Positions 38,122 to 47,187 are shown, counted from the first letter of the stretch. The stretch is DNA of 64,000 nt from an uncultured SAR86 cluster bacterium (GCA_902532015.1 CACAGI010000001.1:57639-121638), one strand, 5' to 3'. The notes: generated from the letters alone by a model not told the origin. Made by a program: numbers and translations.

Positions 38122-40338
38122 ATGTCTGTAAAGCAAGTAGAAGTTTTAGTACCAATCCCAATACCAGAAAAGTTTTCTTACCTGTTGCCAAATCAAATGA
38201 AAGCCTCTCCCCCTAAGCCAGGAACTAGGGTAATCGTTCCCTTTGGAAATAGAAATCTTGTAGGAGTAGTATGGAATGTAGGAAACGGCATTGCACCAAA
38301 GGGCAAAAAGTTAAAGTATTTAAAAGAGGTATTGGATTCTCAGCCTTTATTAGATAAAGCGTCTTTAAACTTAGCAGATTGGGCATCACGCTATTATCAC
38401 TATCCTTTAGGTGATGTAATTTCATACTTCTTTCCACCACCAATTAGGAAAGGAAAAGAGGCTAAGTTTGTAGAGATAAAATTTTTAGAACTGACAAACA
38501 AAGGTGAATTTGTAAATATAGAAGAACTTTCTAAATCCCCTAATCAAAAAAAACTAATTGAGGTTTTGCAAGAGAAGAAGACGCTCTCACAAAGAGCCGC
38601 CAATGCTTATGGAGTAAATTCCTCTTCCATAAATGCTTTAATTGATAAAGGTTTAATATCTAGATATATGAGGGAACTTTCACCTTATAAGAAAGAAGAA
38701 TTTTCAATCGCGAAAGGCGTGAAGAAAAAATTAAATAATGAACAAAAATTTGCTGTGGATTCTATTATTAATTCGAAAAGCCAAAATAGAGTTTTCCTTT
38801 TGAATGGGATTACGGGTAGTGGAAAAACAGAAGTTTATCTTCAAGCAATCCAAGAAGTAATCAAGAAAGGCAAGCAGGCCCTTATTTTAATTCCAGAAAT
38901 AGGTCTAGCACCACAAGCGGAAGAAAGATTTAAAAAATATTTTGGAGAAAGGGTTTTGTCATTTCATTCCGCAAAAAACAATAGAGAGAAAGTAGATGCT
39001 TGGTTGGGAGCGTCTAAAGGATTGATAGATATAGTAATTGGGACCAGATCTAGTGTATTTATGCCCATGAAAGATATAGGAATAATAGTCGTTGATGAAG
39101 AACATGACTTGTCTTACAAGCAAGTGGATAGGTTTAGATATTCTGCAAGAGATATAGCTCTTTATAGAGCAAAGATAGAAAAAATACCTGTTGTCTTGGC
39201 TTCTGCTACTCCTTCTTTAGAGACTTTGAATAACTCTTTAAAGGGCAAATATGAAATATTGAATTTAACTAAAAGAGCCACGGGAGCAAACCTTCCAAAA
39301 TATTTGCCAGTTGACTTAAGAGGTAAGGAATTAAAGGAAGGTTTTAGTGACGAGCTAATAGATGGTACTGAAGAAGAACTTCATAAAGGAAATCAGGTTC
39401 TTATATTTTTAAATAGGAGGGGTTACGCGCCTTCTTTAATCTGCAAAACATGCGGATGGTTATCAAATTGTGATAGATGTGATGCACTCATGACCGTACA
39501 CAAAAGACCTCAAAAATTACAGTGTCATCACTGCGAGTCTCAAAGAAATTTACCAACAACTTGCCCTGAGTGTCAGTCGGAAGATTTTTTAACTTATGGT
39601 TATGGGACTGAAAGAATTGAAGAATTTCTTATTAAGCGTTTCCCTAAATTCCCTGTTCTTAGAGTTGATAGTGACTCAACAAGAAAAAAAGAATCTATGC
39701 ATGAATACCTTGATGAAATTAATTCAGGGAGGCCAATGATTCTTTTAGGAACACAGTTACTGGCTAAGGGGCATCATTTTCCAGATGTGACCCTTGTAGG
39801 AGTATTAGATGCTGATTCAGGTCTATTCAGTGCTGACTTTAGGGGCAGTGAAAGGGTAGCTCAACTAATGACTCAAGTGGCTGGCAGAGCGGGCAGAGAT
39901 AAAAAGCCTGGCAAGGCAATACTACAGTCTTACTGTCCTGATCACCCTCAAATAGAAGAGCTTGTTAAAGGTAGTTATGAGAGTTTTGCTAAGAATTTAT
40001 TGGAAGAAAGAAGATTAGCTAAGTCACCACCTTTTGCTTTTCAAGCAAAGATTCAAGCAGAATCATCTAATAGTTATGTTAGTAGAGATTTTATAAAAAC
40101 TCTTATCAATAAATTAAAGAAATCTAAATCCTTTCCAAAAGACATAAGAGTTATAGGGCCTATTCCTGCGATCATGGAAAAAAAATCAGGAGTATATAGG
40201 TGGGAGTTGAATATTCTTTCAAGCAGCAGAAACTCATTACACAAGTTCTTGGATTTAGGACAAGCTAGTCTGTATGACTCTCAAACCTCTAAGAGGGTGC
40301 GTTGGTCTATAGATGTTGACCCTTTATCTTCAATGTAA
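38122..40338 (+). CDS. priA: Primosomal protein N' (replication restart helicase PriA)
   Basis: 738 aa. It has the Walker A motif GITGSGKTEVY, DEEH and a Cys-rich zinc-binding insert (CKTCGW..CDRCD...CHHCES...CPEC). Confidence 0.92.
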   Translation: MSVKQVEVLVPIPIPEKFSYLLPNQMKASPPKPGTRVIVPFGNRNLVGVVWNVGNGIAPKGKKLKYLKEVLDSQPLLDKASLNLADWASRYYHYPLGDVISYFFPPPIRKGKEAKFVEIKFLELTNKGEFVNIEELSKSPNQKKLIEVLQEKKTLSQRAANAYGVNSSSINALIDKGLISRYMRELSPYKKEEFSIAKGVKKKLNNEQKFAVDSIINSKSQNRVFLLNGITGSGKTEVYLQAIQEVIKKGKQALILIPEIGLAPQAEERFKKYFGERVLSFHSAKNNREKVDAWLGASKGLIDIVIGTRSSVFMPMKDIGIIVVDEEHDLSYKQVDRFRYSARDIALYRAKIEKIPVVLASATPSLETLNNSLKGKYEILNLTKRATGANLPKYLPVDLRGKELKEGFSDELIDGTEEELHKGNQVLIFLNRRGYAPSLICKTCGWLSNCDRCDALMTVHKRPQKLQCHHCESQRNLPTTCPECQSEDFLTYGYGTERIEEFLIKRFPKFPVLRVDSDSTRKKESMHEYLDEINSGRPMILLGTQLLAKGHHFPDVTLVGVLDADSGLFSADFRGSERVAQLMTQVAGRAGRDKKPGKAILQSYCPDHPQIEELVKGSYESFAKNLLEERRLAKSPPFAFQAKIQAESSNSYVSRDFIKTLINKLKKSKSFPKDIRVIGPIPAIMEKKSGVYRWELNILSSSRNSLHKFLDLGQASLYDSQTSKRVRWSIDVDPLSSM

Positions 40339-41190
40339 ATCTATACCAGTTAATTCAGAGCTAATAGACCATAATTTTTCTGCTTGGTCGTCACTTTTAG
40401 CTGACCCTAGAAGCTTTTCAATTTCGCAATCAACAAAATATTCTCCCGTAACTTTTTCAACTTCAGGAGAGGCACAAAGATAGATGGAAGTTTCTGCCCC
40501 TTTGTCAGTCTTTTTTGCAAAAGGTCTTCCAAGATTCATCAATAATCTTACAAAGAAGCCTTCATTATTTAATCCTATACCTGTATCTACATATCCAGGA
40601 TGCAGGCAATTAACGGTTATTTTGTAGTCTTTAAGTTTTGAGGCTAAGCTTCTAGTAAAAAGGATATTAGCTAATTTAGATTGACCATACACTTTTAAAC
40701 CTTTGTAGTTTTCTTTAGATTGAAGATCCTCAAAGTTCATTTCGTTTACAAACCTATATGCCATGGAGGCGACATTTACAATTCTTCCTCCCCCAGCATT
40801 CTTCATTTTTTCTATAAGCAATAATGTAAGACTAAAATAGGCAAGGTGATTGACTGAAAAAACTTCATCGAAGCCATCAGCTGTTTCTTTTCTTTCTCTA
40901 TTCATTATCCCTGCATTATTTAGCAGGATATCTAATGGTTTGTTAAGAGAAAGAAATTCTTCTGCTGCTTTTTTTACCTCATTTTGTGAGGAGAGGTCAG
41001 CAATAATAGCAGTAGGTTGTCTTCCTGATTCTTGAAGAAGCTCTTCTTTCAATTTGTTAGCTTTTTCATGATTTCTCGCTATGAAAACTATTTCAGCACC
41101 CATTTGATTTAGGGCTTTAGCTGCTTCCAATCCAATTCCATTTGTTGCCCCAGTTATCAAGCAAACTTTATTTTCTAGATTTTCATTCAT
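40330..41190 (-). CDS. Short-chain dehydrogenase/reductase (retinol-dehydrogenase-like)
   Basis: 286 aa. It has the TGATNGIG cofactor motif, NNAG and YGQSK (the YxxxK catalytic motif). Confidence 0.8.
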   Translation of the reverse strand: MNENLENKVCLITGATNGIGLEAAKALNQMGAEIVFIARNHEKANKLKEELLQESGRQPTAIIADLSSQNEVKKAAEEFLSLNKPLDILLNNAGIMNRERKETADGFDEVFSVNHLAYFSLTLLLIEKMKNAGGGRIVNVASMAYRFVNEMNFEDLQSKENYKGLKVYGQSKLANILFTRSLASKLKDYKITVNCLHPGYVDTGIGLNNEGFFVRLLMNLGRPFAKKTDKGAETSIYLCASPEVEKVTGEYFVDCEIEKLLGSAKSDDQAEKLWSISSELTGIDLH

Positions 41191-41230
41191 GATTATTGCC
41201 TTTATTTATCGTATGTATAAGATTAAAGAG

Positions 41231-41851
41231 ATGAGTTTATATGAAAAACACATACTGCCAAGATTTTTAAATTGTGCATGTGGGTCTAAACCAATAACTT
41301 ACCAAAGAAAGAAGGTAGTTCCTCTTGCGGAAGGCAATGTATTAGAAGTCGGCATAGGTTCAGGATTGAATTTACCTTACTACGACCACTCGAAAATAGA
41401 AAAAATATGGGGTTTAGATCCTTCAAATGAACTAAGTTTAATAGCTAAGGAGACTGCAAAGGAAGAAGGTTTAGATATTAACTTTATATCTTGCGGTGCA
41501 GAGGAAATTCCGCTTCCAGATAACCATTTTGATACAGTTCTAATTACTTATACGATGTGCACCATTCCAGAGGTAAAAAGAGCTAATATCGAGATTAAAA
41601 GAGTTCTCAAAGATGGTGGAAAATTAATATTCTGTGAACATGGCATAGCGCCAGATGAGAATATCATTAAATGGCAATCAAGGATAAATCCCATATGGAA
41701 AAAATTAGCAGGAGGTTGCAATATTAATAGAAATATCCCTCAAATCATTGAAGAGTCTGGTTTTAAGATTAAACAAATGGAAAAAATGTACCTTCCCAGT
41801 ACACCAAAGATAGCTGGTTATAATTATTGGGGATACGCCGTAGGAGATTAA
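41231..41851 (+). CDS. Class I SAM-dependent methyltransferase
   Basis: I prefer the ATG at 41231 (MSLYEKHILPRFL...). It has the SAM motif VLEVGIGSGLN and a later Methyltransf_11-like region (DTVLITYTMC...GGKLIFCEH). Confidence 0.7.
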   Translation: MSLYEKHILPRFLNCACGSKPITYQRKKVVPLAEGNVLEVGIGSGLNLPYYDHSKIEKIWGLDPSNELSLIAKETAKEEGLDINFISCGAEEIPLPDNHFDTVLITYTMCTIPEVKRANIEIKRVLKDGGKLIFCEHGIAPDENIIKWQSRINPIWKKLAGGCNINRNIPQIIEESGFKIKQMEKMYLPSTPKIAGYNYWGYAVGD

Positions 41852-42918
41852 TGAACTGGAAAGGGATTTCATTTGGAATTCTATGCCTTGTTCTTTTATT
41901 TCAGTTTAAGAACATATCGAGCTTTATAGCAGTAGAGCTTGCATTAAAGGGCATTAAGGAGTTAGACGTTAATTCAGATGATGTTATAGATAAATCTGAA
42001 TGGCCAGGTATCGGGTTTTCAATAGTTGATGTTGATAGAAATAATCTTTTAGAAGACGAAGAAATTCGATTCTTTATCAAAGAATTTTCAAAAGATTTTT
42101 CTTGGGTAAATAAAGTCTCTGATCGTATTAATGTTCCAGAACAATTGATTCATTCTACTTTCATTAGTCCTTCAATGGATAGGGAAGTAGGCTATTACAT
42201 CTATATCCCCGATTCTTATCATAAAGATTTAGAGAAAGAATTTCGGACTGTTTATTATTTGCATGGAGGCAGGCCAGGCAATGAAAGCAGGTCCGTAATT
42301 ATTACTAATGCCATTCATGAATTATTGAGTAATTCTGAAATAGACCCTGCTCTTTATGTTTTTGTTAATGGAGGGGAATTGAGTCATTACAATTCAAAGG
42401 AAAAGCACTCTTATGGAGAAGATGTATTTATTAAAGAACTTATCCCCCATATTGATAATACTTATAGAACAATAGCTAGTCGTTCTGGAAGGGGACTTGA
42501 AGGATTTTCTCAAGGAGGCAGGGGCGCAACCAGATATATGTTCAAGTACCCTGAGATCTTTTCTACTGTTGCAGCTGGCGGAGGTTCATACGAGATAGAA
42601 AAATTGATACAACAAAATAATGGTTATGAAGATGACCCTAGAGGAGATGATGAAAATGTTTATTTTGTTGGTGAAGGCAACGATGCCTGGTCTTTAGCCA
42701 AAAAATTTACCGAAACGGGCGCTGCTTATCCTAACTTATTAATATGGTCAGGAACGGAAGATCCCAATTATCCAAGCATAGAGATATACATGAATTATTT
42801 AGATAAATTAGACATCGAATACGATTCCCTTATAGTTAAAGGCGTTGACCATAACCCTTTTATTTTTTATGAAGAATCAGGAGAAGAATTAATAAGGTTC
42901 CATGCAAAAAATGATTAA
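41851..42918 (+). CDS. Secreted or membrane-anchored alpha/beta-hydrolase (putative esterase family) with an N-terminal EF-hand pair
   Basis: I prefer the ATG at 41851, which overlaps the upstream stop (TAATG). It has a hydrophobic N-terminus and two canonical 12-residue Ca loops (DVNSDDVIDKSE, DVDRNNLLEDEE). The nucleophile elbow is GFSQGG, and YYLHGG is an oxyanion-type motif. Confidence 0.65.
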   Translation: MNWKGISFGILCLVLLFQFKNISSFIAVELALKGIKELDVNSDDVIDKSEWPGIGFSIVDVDRNNLLEDEEIRFFIKEFSKDFSWVNKVSDRINVPEQLIHSTFISPSMDREVGYYIYIPDSYHKDLEKEFRTVYYLHGGRPGNESRSVIITNAIHELLSNSEIDPALYVFVNGGELSHYNSKEKHSYGEDVFIKELIPHIDNTYRTIASRSGRGLEGFSQGGRGATRYMFKYPEIFSTVAAGGGSYEIEKLIQQNNGYEDDPRGDDENVYFVGEGNDAWSLAKKFTETGAAYPNLLIWSGTEDPNYPSIEIYMNYLDKLDIEYDSLIVKGVDHNPFIFYEESGEELIRFHAKND

Positions 42919-43834
42919 AAGAACATTAACTTTATTTATATTATATTTTTTTATTTCTGTGTCTGCATCAGAAGAAAAAAACTTCTCTCATAACGGACTA
43001 GAAAGGTCTTATCATTTGCATATTCCTCAGGATTTGGAAGACAAAGCCCCTTTAGTGGTTGTTATACATGGGTATACAAGTGCTGCAGAAAATATTATGT
43101 CTTATTCTAAGATGAATGAAGTTGCCGATCGTGAAGGCTTCGCAGTAATTTACCCTCAAGGAACGATTGATAGTCAGGGCAATGCTTTTTTTAACGTTGG
43201 TTATGAATTCAACAAAGATTCAAAAATAGATGATGTTTCTTTTATTAGGAAACTAGTAATACACGTTAGAGATACATATCAGCTAAGCGAAAAGAATATT
43301 TTTGCTACTGGAATGTCTAATGGAGGTGACATGAGTTATCTATTGGCTTGTACTTCTTCAGATTTATTTAAAGCAGTTGCACCAGTTGCAGGAGTTATGA
43401 TGAAAGAAACTTTAGATAACTGTAATCCTCAAAACCCAATTCCAGTTTTTGAAATCCATGGAACCAATGACAAGATTTCGTTGTTTCAAGGTGATATCGA
43501 AAATAAAGAAGGATGGGGTTCTTACTATGGTTTGCCTGAAACAATCCAGTTCTGGGCTGATAAACATAACCTAGACAAAAATGAAAATATTTACATCGCA
43601 TCGAAAGGCGAGGGCGATCAGAATGATATTATCTTTGAACGTTATTGGTCAGAAGACAACATAAACGAAGTTTGGTTATATAAGATTGTTGATGCAGGAC
43701 ATATATGGCCAGGATTTAGAATTAGATGGTGGCAGAACCCTTTACTCTGGTATTACATGGGATCAGGCAACGATGATATAAGTGCAAGTGAAGAAGTTTG
43801 GAAATTCTTTGAGCAATTTGTATCTAAAGAGTAA
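42902..43834 (+). CDS. Secreted esterase of the PHB-depolymerase / LpqC family
   Basis: 310 aa with a signal peptide. It has ERSYHLHIP...APLVVVIHGY...FAVIYPQG and the nucleophile elbow GMSNGG, which fits the COG3509-type esterase pattern. Confidence 0.7.
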   Translation: MQKMIKRTLTLFILYFFISVSASEEKNFSHNGLERSYHLHIPQDLEDKAPLVVVIHGYTSAAENIMSYSKMNEVADREGFAVIYPQGTIDSQGNAFFNVGYEFNKDSKIDDVSFIRKLVIHVRDTYQLSEKNIFATGMSNGGDMSYLLACTSSDLFKAVAPVAGVMMKETLDNCNPQNPIPVFEIHGTNDKISLFQGDIENKEGWGSYYGLPETIQFWADKHNLDKNENIYIASKGEGDQNDIIFERYWSEDNINEVWLYKIVDAGHIWPGFRIRWWQNPLLWYYMGSGNDDISASEEVWKFFEQFVSKE

Positions 43835-43867
43835 GTAGAATTTTATTTGTCTGAAATCAAATCTTAT

Positions 43868-44605
43868 TTACTTAACTTCTTCTTCCCATTCGAACTTAGG
43901 CAGGGTGTGAATTGCATCTGAAAGTTTTTGAGCCCATGTATCTGACATCTCTTTAAAATATGGTGACTTAAGTTTATACCTTCCTTGATATTCTAAATGC
44001 ATTTGATCTTTTTTATAAACTACAAAATCTATAGGTGGTCCTACCGTCAGATCACTTCTCATAGTTGAATCTAGAGAAAGAAGAGCTACTCTTGCTGAAT
44101 CTCCAATAGGAGTATCCTTATTGATCATCCTATCTAGTATGGGTTTTCCGTATTTTGTTTCACCTATCTGAAGATAGGGCTGTTCATTCGAGACATAAAT
44201 GAAATTACCTTCAGGATAAATTAATAACAAATTAGGTTCTTGATCCTTGATCTGACCTCCTAAAATAAAAAATGATCCCATTAAAGAAGACTGATTTTGC
44301 ACTTCTAAAGATTGATTATAGCTAGAAACACTAAGCCTTCCAATATACTGAGCAGCAGCCTCGATATCTTCACATAAATTTAGATTAATCTCTGGATTAT
44401 CCGAGTTTATATCCTTTTCGAGTTGATGATAAACAGCTTGAGAAGTTGCAAGGTTTCCGGCGGTAAGAATAACAAAGGCTCTATCACCTACGTTATAGGT
44501 AAACATTTTTGAATAGGTATTTACATTGTCCAGTCCTGCATTAGTTCTGGAATCAGAAGCAAAAACCAATCCTTCATTTACTTTTATTGCTACGCCGTAT
44601 GACAT
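43868..44605 (-). CDS. Anbu-type proteasome beta-subunit homologue (T1 peptidase family)
   Basis: I prefer the ATG at 44605: MSYGVAIKVNEGLVFASDSRTNAGLDNVNTYSKMF..., the pattern of Anbu/proteasome-type Ntn hydrolases. It neighbours ATP-grasp and alpha-E genes, as Anbu loci do. Confidence 0.75.
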   Translation of the reverse strand: MSYGVAIKVNEGLVFASDSRTNAGLDNVNTYSKMFTYNVGDRAFVILTAGNLATSQAVYHQLEKDINSDNPEINLNLCEDIEAAAQYIGRLSVSSYNQSLEVQNQSSLMGSFFILGGQIKDQEPNLLLIYPEGNFIYVSNEQPYLQIGETKYGKPILDRMINKDTPIGDSARVALLSLDSTMRSDLTVGPPIDFVVYKKDQMHLEYQGRYKLKSPYFKEMSDTWAQKLSDAIHTLPKFEWEEEVK

Positions 44606-44739
44606 ATAACCTCCCAAAAGAGCATGCAATACCAATACCAGTTTAAACCTTTTTGAATTTTCTACCATTTATTTATTAAGAGTCTAAGAAAACAGGACTT
44701 AAGAAGAATTCTTTCTAATCTTAAGATCCTTTGCTAACT

Positions 44740-44768
44740 AAAAATGGCACCTAAAAAGTGCATTTTTT
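44740..44768. promoter_or_regulatory. Imperfect palindrome in the Anbu / ATP-grasp divergent intergenic region (possible operator)
   Basis: AAAAATGGCAC-CTAAAAA-GTGCATTTTTT. The arms are complementary except for one extra G. It lies 17 nt upstream of the first in-frame ATG of the ATP-grasp ORF. Confidence 0.25.
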
Positions 44769-44784
44769 ACTTTAAAGAACCAAA

Positions 44785-46266
44785 ATGTTTTGGCTTGCTT
44801 GTTGCATGTATATTGTAGTGACTATTTCATGGAAAAATTATCCTACATCACCTTTTTTTGATGAATACCTAAATACATCTCAAGGATTTAGAACTCACAC
44901 AAAGAAAATAGGTAAATATCTCGGATCACTAAGCCCAAATGACTTGCATGAAATAAATAATGCAACTGAGTCAGCTATCAAATCGATGGGAATCTCCTTT
45001 CGAATTTATTCTGAGGAGTATATAGAAGGACAGGACAGGTCTTGGCCATTAGATTTCATTCCAAGAATCATCAGAAAAAAAGAATGGGACAAAGTAGAGA
45101 AAGGTTTAGAGCAAAGAGTTAAGGTTTTAAATCTTTTCATAGAAGATTGCTATAACGAACAGAAATTTCTTAAAGAAAGCGATATGGATGAATCTCTCAT
45201 AACCGATTCTCCTGCTTTCAAAGAATACTGTATGGGTATGAAACTTAAACATAATTCATGGTCTAGTATCTGCGGTTCTGATCTGATCAAGGATCAGGAT
45301 GGAATGTTTTATGTATTAGAGGATAACCTTAGGGTGCCCTCAGGCGTTAGTTATATGCTCGAGAATAGAACCGTTATGAAAAGAGTTTTCCCAGATCTAT
45401 TTCAACATTATGGTGTTATGCCAGTAGGTGCTTATCCGACCAAACTCTACGAGACACTTGTATCTTTAAGTTATTCAAGAAGCCGTCAACCAGAAATAGT
45501 TCTCCTCACTCCTGGTATTTACAATTCTGCATATTATGAACACTCATATCTAGCTCAGCAAATGGGGATAGATTTGGTTCAAGGTACTGATTTGGTAGTA
45601 TTAAAAGATAACTTCGTATACAAAAAAACCATAATGGGTTTAGTAAGAGTTGATGTTATTTATAGAAGAATTGATGATGATTTTTTAGATCCCTCCAGAG
45701 GTAACAAAGATTCTGTATTGGGTGTTGAAGGCTTAATCGAATCATGGAGAAAAAAACATGTTTCTATAATAAATGCACCAGGCTGTGGAATTGCAGATGA
45801 TAAAGCGGTTTACTCTTTCGTGCCCGAAATGATCAGATTTTATTTGAAGGAAGAACCAATAATAGAAAACCTCAAAACTTATTTGATGAGTGAGAAAGAA
45901 AGCTTTGAATTAATAAAAGATAGATTTAAAGACTATGTAATAAAGCCTGTGGCTGAGTCTGGTGGTTATGGTATTGTCATTGGCAAGAGCGCTTCCAAAA
46001 AGGAAAAAGAAGAGACACTGAAGTTAATAAGTAGAGATCCTCGAAACTATATTGCACAACCTCTCGCTTTATTGTCTACTACACCGACCTTTGACAAAGG
46101 TTCAATAGAACCAAGACACTTAGATTTAAGGCCATTTATTTTAACGGGTGAAAAAAGTTATGTGACGGTAGGAGGCTTAACTAGAGTGGCTTTAAAGAAA
46201 GGCTCTACTGTGGTCAATTCTTCTCAAGGAGGAGGTAGCAAGGATACATGGATAGTAGATAAATAG
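44785..46266 (+). CDS. Circularly permuted type-2 ATP-grasp protein (COG2308-like)
   Basis: 493 aa. The start is uncertain, and 44806 is an alternative. The region ...LEDNLRVPSGVSYMLENR...VDVIYRRIDDDFLDP...IINAPGCGIADDKAVY...KPVAESGGYG... matches the family found with alpha-E proteins. Confidence 0.8.
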   Translation: MFWLACCMYIVVTISWKNYPTSPFFDEYLNTSQGFRTHTKKIGKYLGSLSPNDLHEINNATESAIKSMGISFRIYSEEYIEGQDRSWPLDFIPRIIRKKEWDKVEKGLEQRVKVLNLFIEDCYNEQKFLKESDMDESLITDSPAFKEYCMGMKLKHNSWSSICGSDLIKDQDGMFYVLEDNLRVPSGVSYMLENRTVMKRVFPDLFQHYGVMPVGAYPTKLYETLVSLSYSRSRQPEIVLLTPGIYNSAYYEHSYLAQQMGIDLVQGTDLVVLKDNFVYKKTIMGLVRVDVIYRRIDDDFLDPSRGNKDSVLGVEGLIESWRKKHVSIINAPGCGIADDKAVYSFVPEMIRFYLKEEPIIENLKTYLMSEKESFELIKDRFKDYVIKPVAESGGYGIVIGKSASKKEKEETLKLISRDPRNYIAQPLALLSTTPTFDKGSIEPRHLDLRPFILTGEKSYVTVGGLTRVALKKGSTVVNSSQGGGSKDTWIVDK

Positions 46267-46268
46267 AT

Positions 46269-47186
46269 ATGTTAAGCAGAGATGCAGAGCACTTATATTG
46301 GCTTTCTAGGTATGTAGAAAGAGTTGAGAATACAGCTAGATTAATAAATGTTAACTCAGAGCTAATGTTAGATTTTCCTGGTGACAAAACACTAGGATGG
46401 CAATCAATAGTCGAGACACTCGATAATCTTGATCTTTATCAAAGAAGGTATATGACCTTCAAAGAAGCTAATGTTATAAATTTTCTTTGCTATGAAGAAG
46501 CTAATCCTAACTCGATTAAAAATTCTCTAATTAAAGCAGCCTATAATGTTAAAGAAACAAGAGACTATCTTCCCCAATCTGCAACAGAGCAAGTTAATAA
46601 TCTTTTCAATGAATTTATCCGATTCTCTTCGAAAGCAACAAGAGGACAATCAAAAGACATGTACAAGCTCATTGAAGGATCTCAACGATTCTTTGGCATA
46701 ATCAATGATAACTTTTCTACTGGATTAGTTTTTGAGTTCATCAGGTTAGGAAGGTACATCGAACGTGTGGATATGATCTCTAGAACTCTTGATACACTCT
46801 GCGTCTCGAAGAAAAATTCCCAGACACATGACTTCTCAACTCTTGAATGGGCTAGCATGTTAAGAAATCTCTCTGCCCAAGGTGCTTTCAGAGAAGAAGC
46901 AAAAGGTGAAATTGAGAGAGGTAACGTTCTAAGATTCCTATTTAAAAATAAAGGTTTTCCAAGGTCATTAAATACTTGTCTTCGAGAAATCGATAAATGC
47001 GTCGCAGTTTTACCAAATAATCGTTTGTTAAAAGAAGAAGTTTATAAAGTCATTGAAAAAATTATGTCTTCAAGAGTAGAGAGTTATGATGATGAAAAGC
47101 TCCATGCATTTTTGGATGGCCTTCAGGGAAACATCTCTAATCTTGACCAAAGAATACATAAAAGCTGGTTTCATCTTCATGCTTAA
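46269..47186 (+). CDS. Alpha-E domain protein (COG2307-like)
   Basis: 305 aa. MLSRDAEHLYWLSRYVERVENTARLINV is the hallmark N-terminus with the ER motif. It starts 2 nt after the ATP-grasp stop. Confidence 0.75.
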   Translation: MLSRDAEHLYWLSRYVERVENTARLINVNSELMLDFPGDKTLGWQSIVETLDNLDLYQRRYMTFKEANVINFLCYEEANPNSIKNSLIKAAYNVKETRDYLPQSATEQVNNLFNEFIRFSSKATRGQSKDMYKLIEGSQRFFGIINDNFSTGLVFEFIRLGRYIERVDMISRTLDTLCVSKKNSQTHDFSTLEWASMLRNLSAQGAFREEAKGEIERGNVLRFLFKNKGFPRSLNTCLREIDKCVAVLPNNRLLKEEVYKVIEKIMSSRVESYDDEKLHAFLDGLQGNISNLDQRIHKSWFHLHA

Positions 47187-47187
47187 T

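Noticed and set aside
44744-44762. A possible sigma-54 promoter (TGGCAC ... GTGCA) upstream of the ATP-grasp gene.
   Set aside because: The GG and GC elements are separated by 12 nt rather than the canonical 10 (TGGCAC-N5-TTGC), and the -12 element is GTGC, not TTGC. The sequence is better described as one arm and the spacer of the palindrome reported above.
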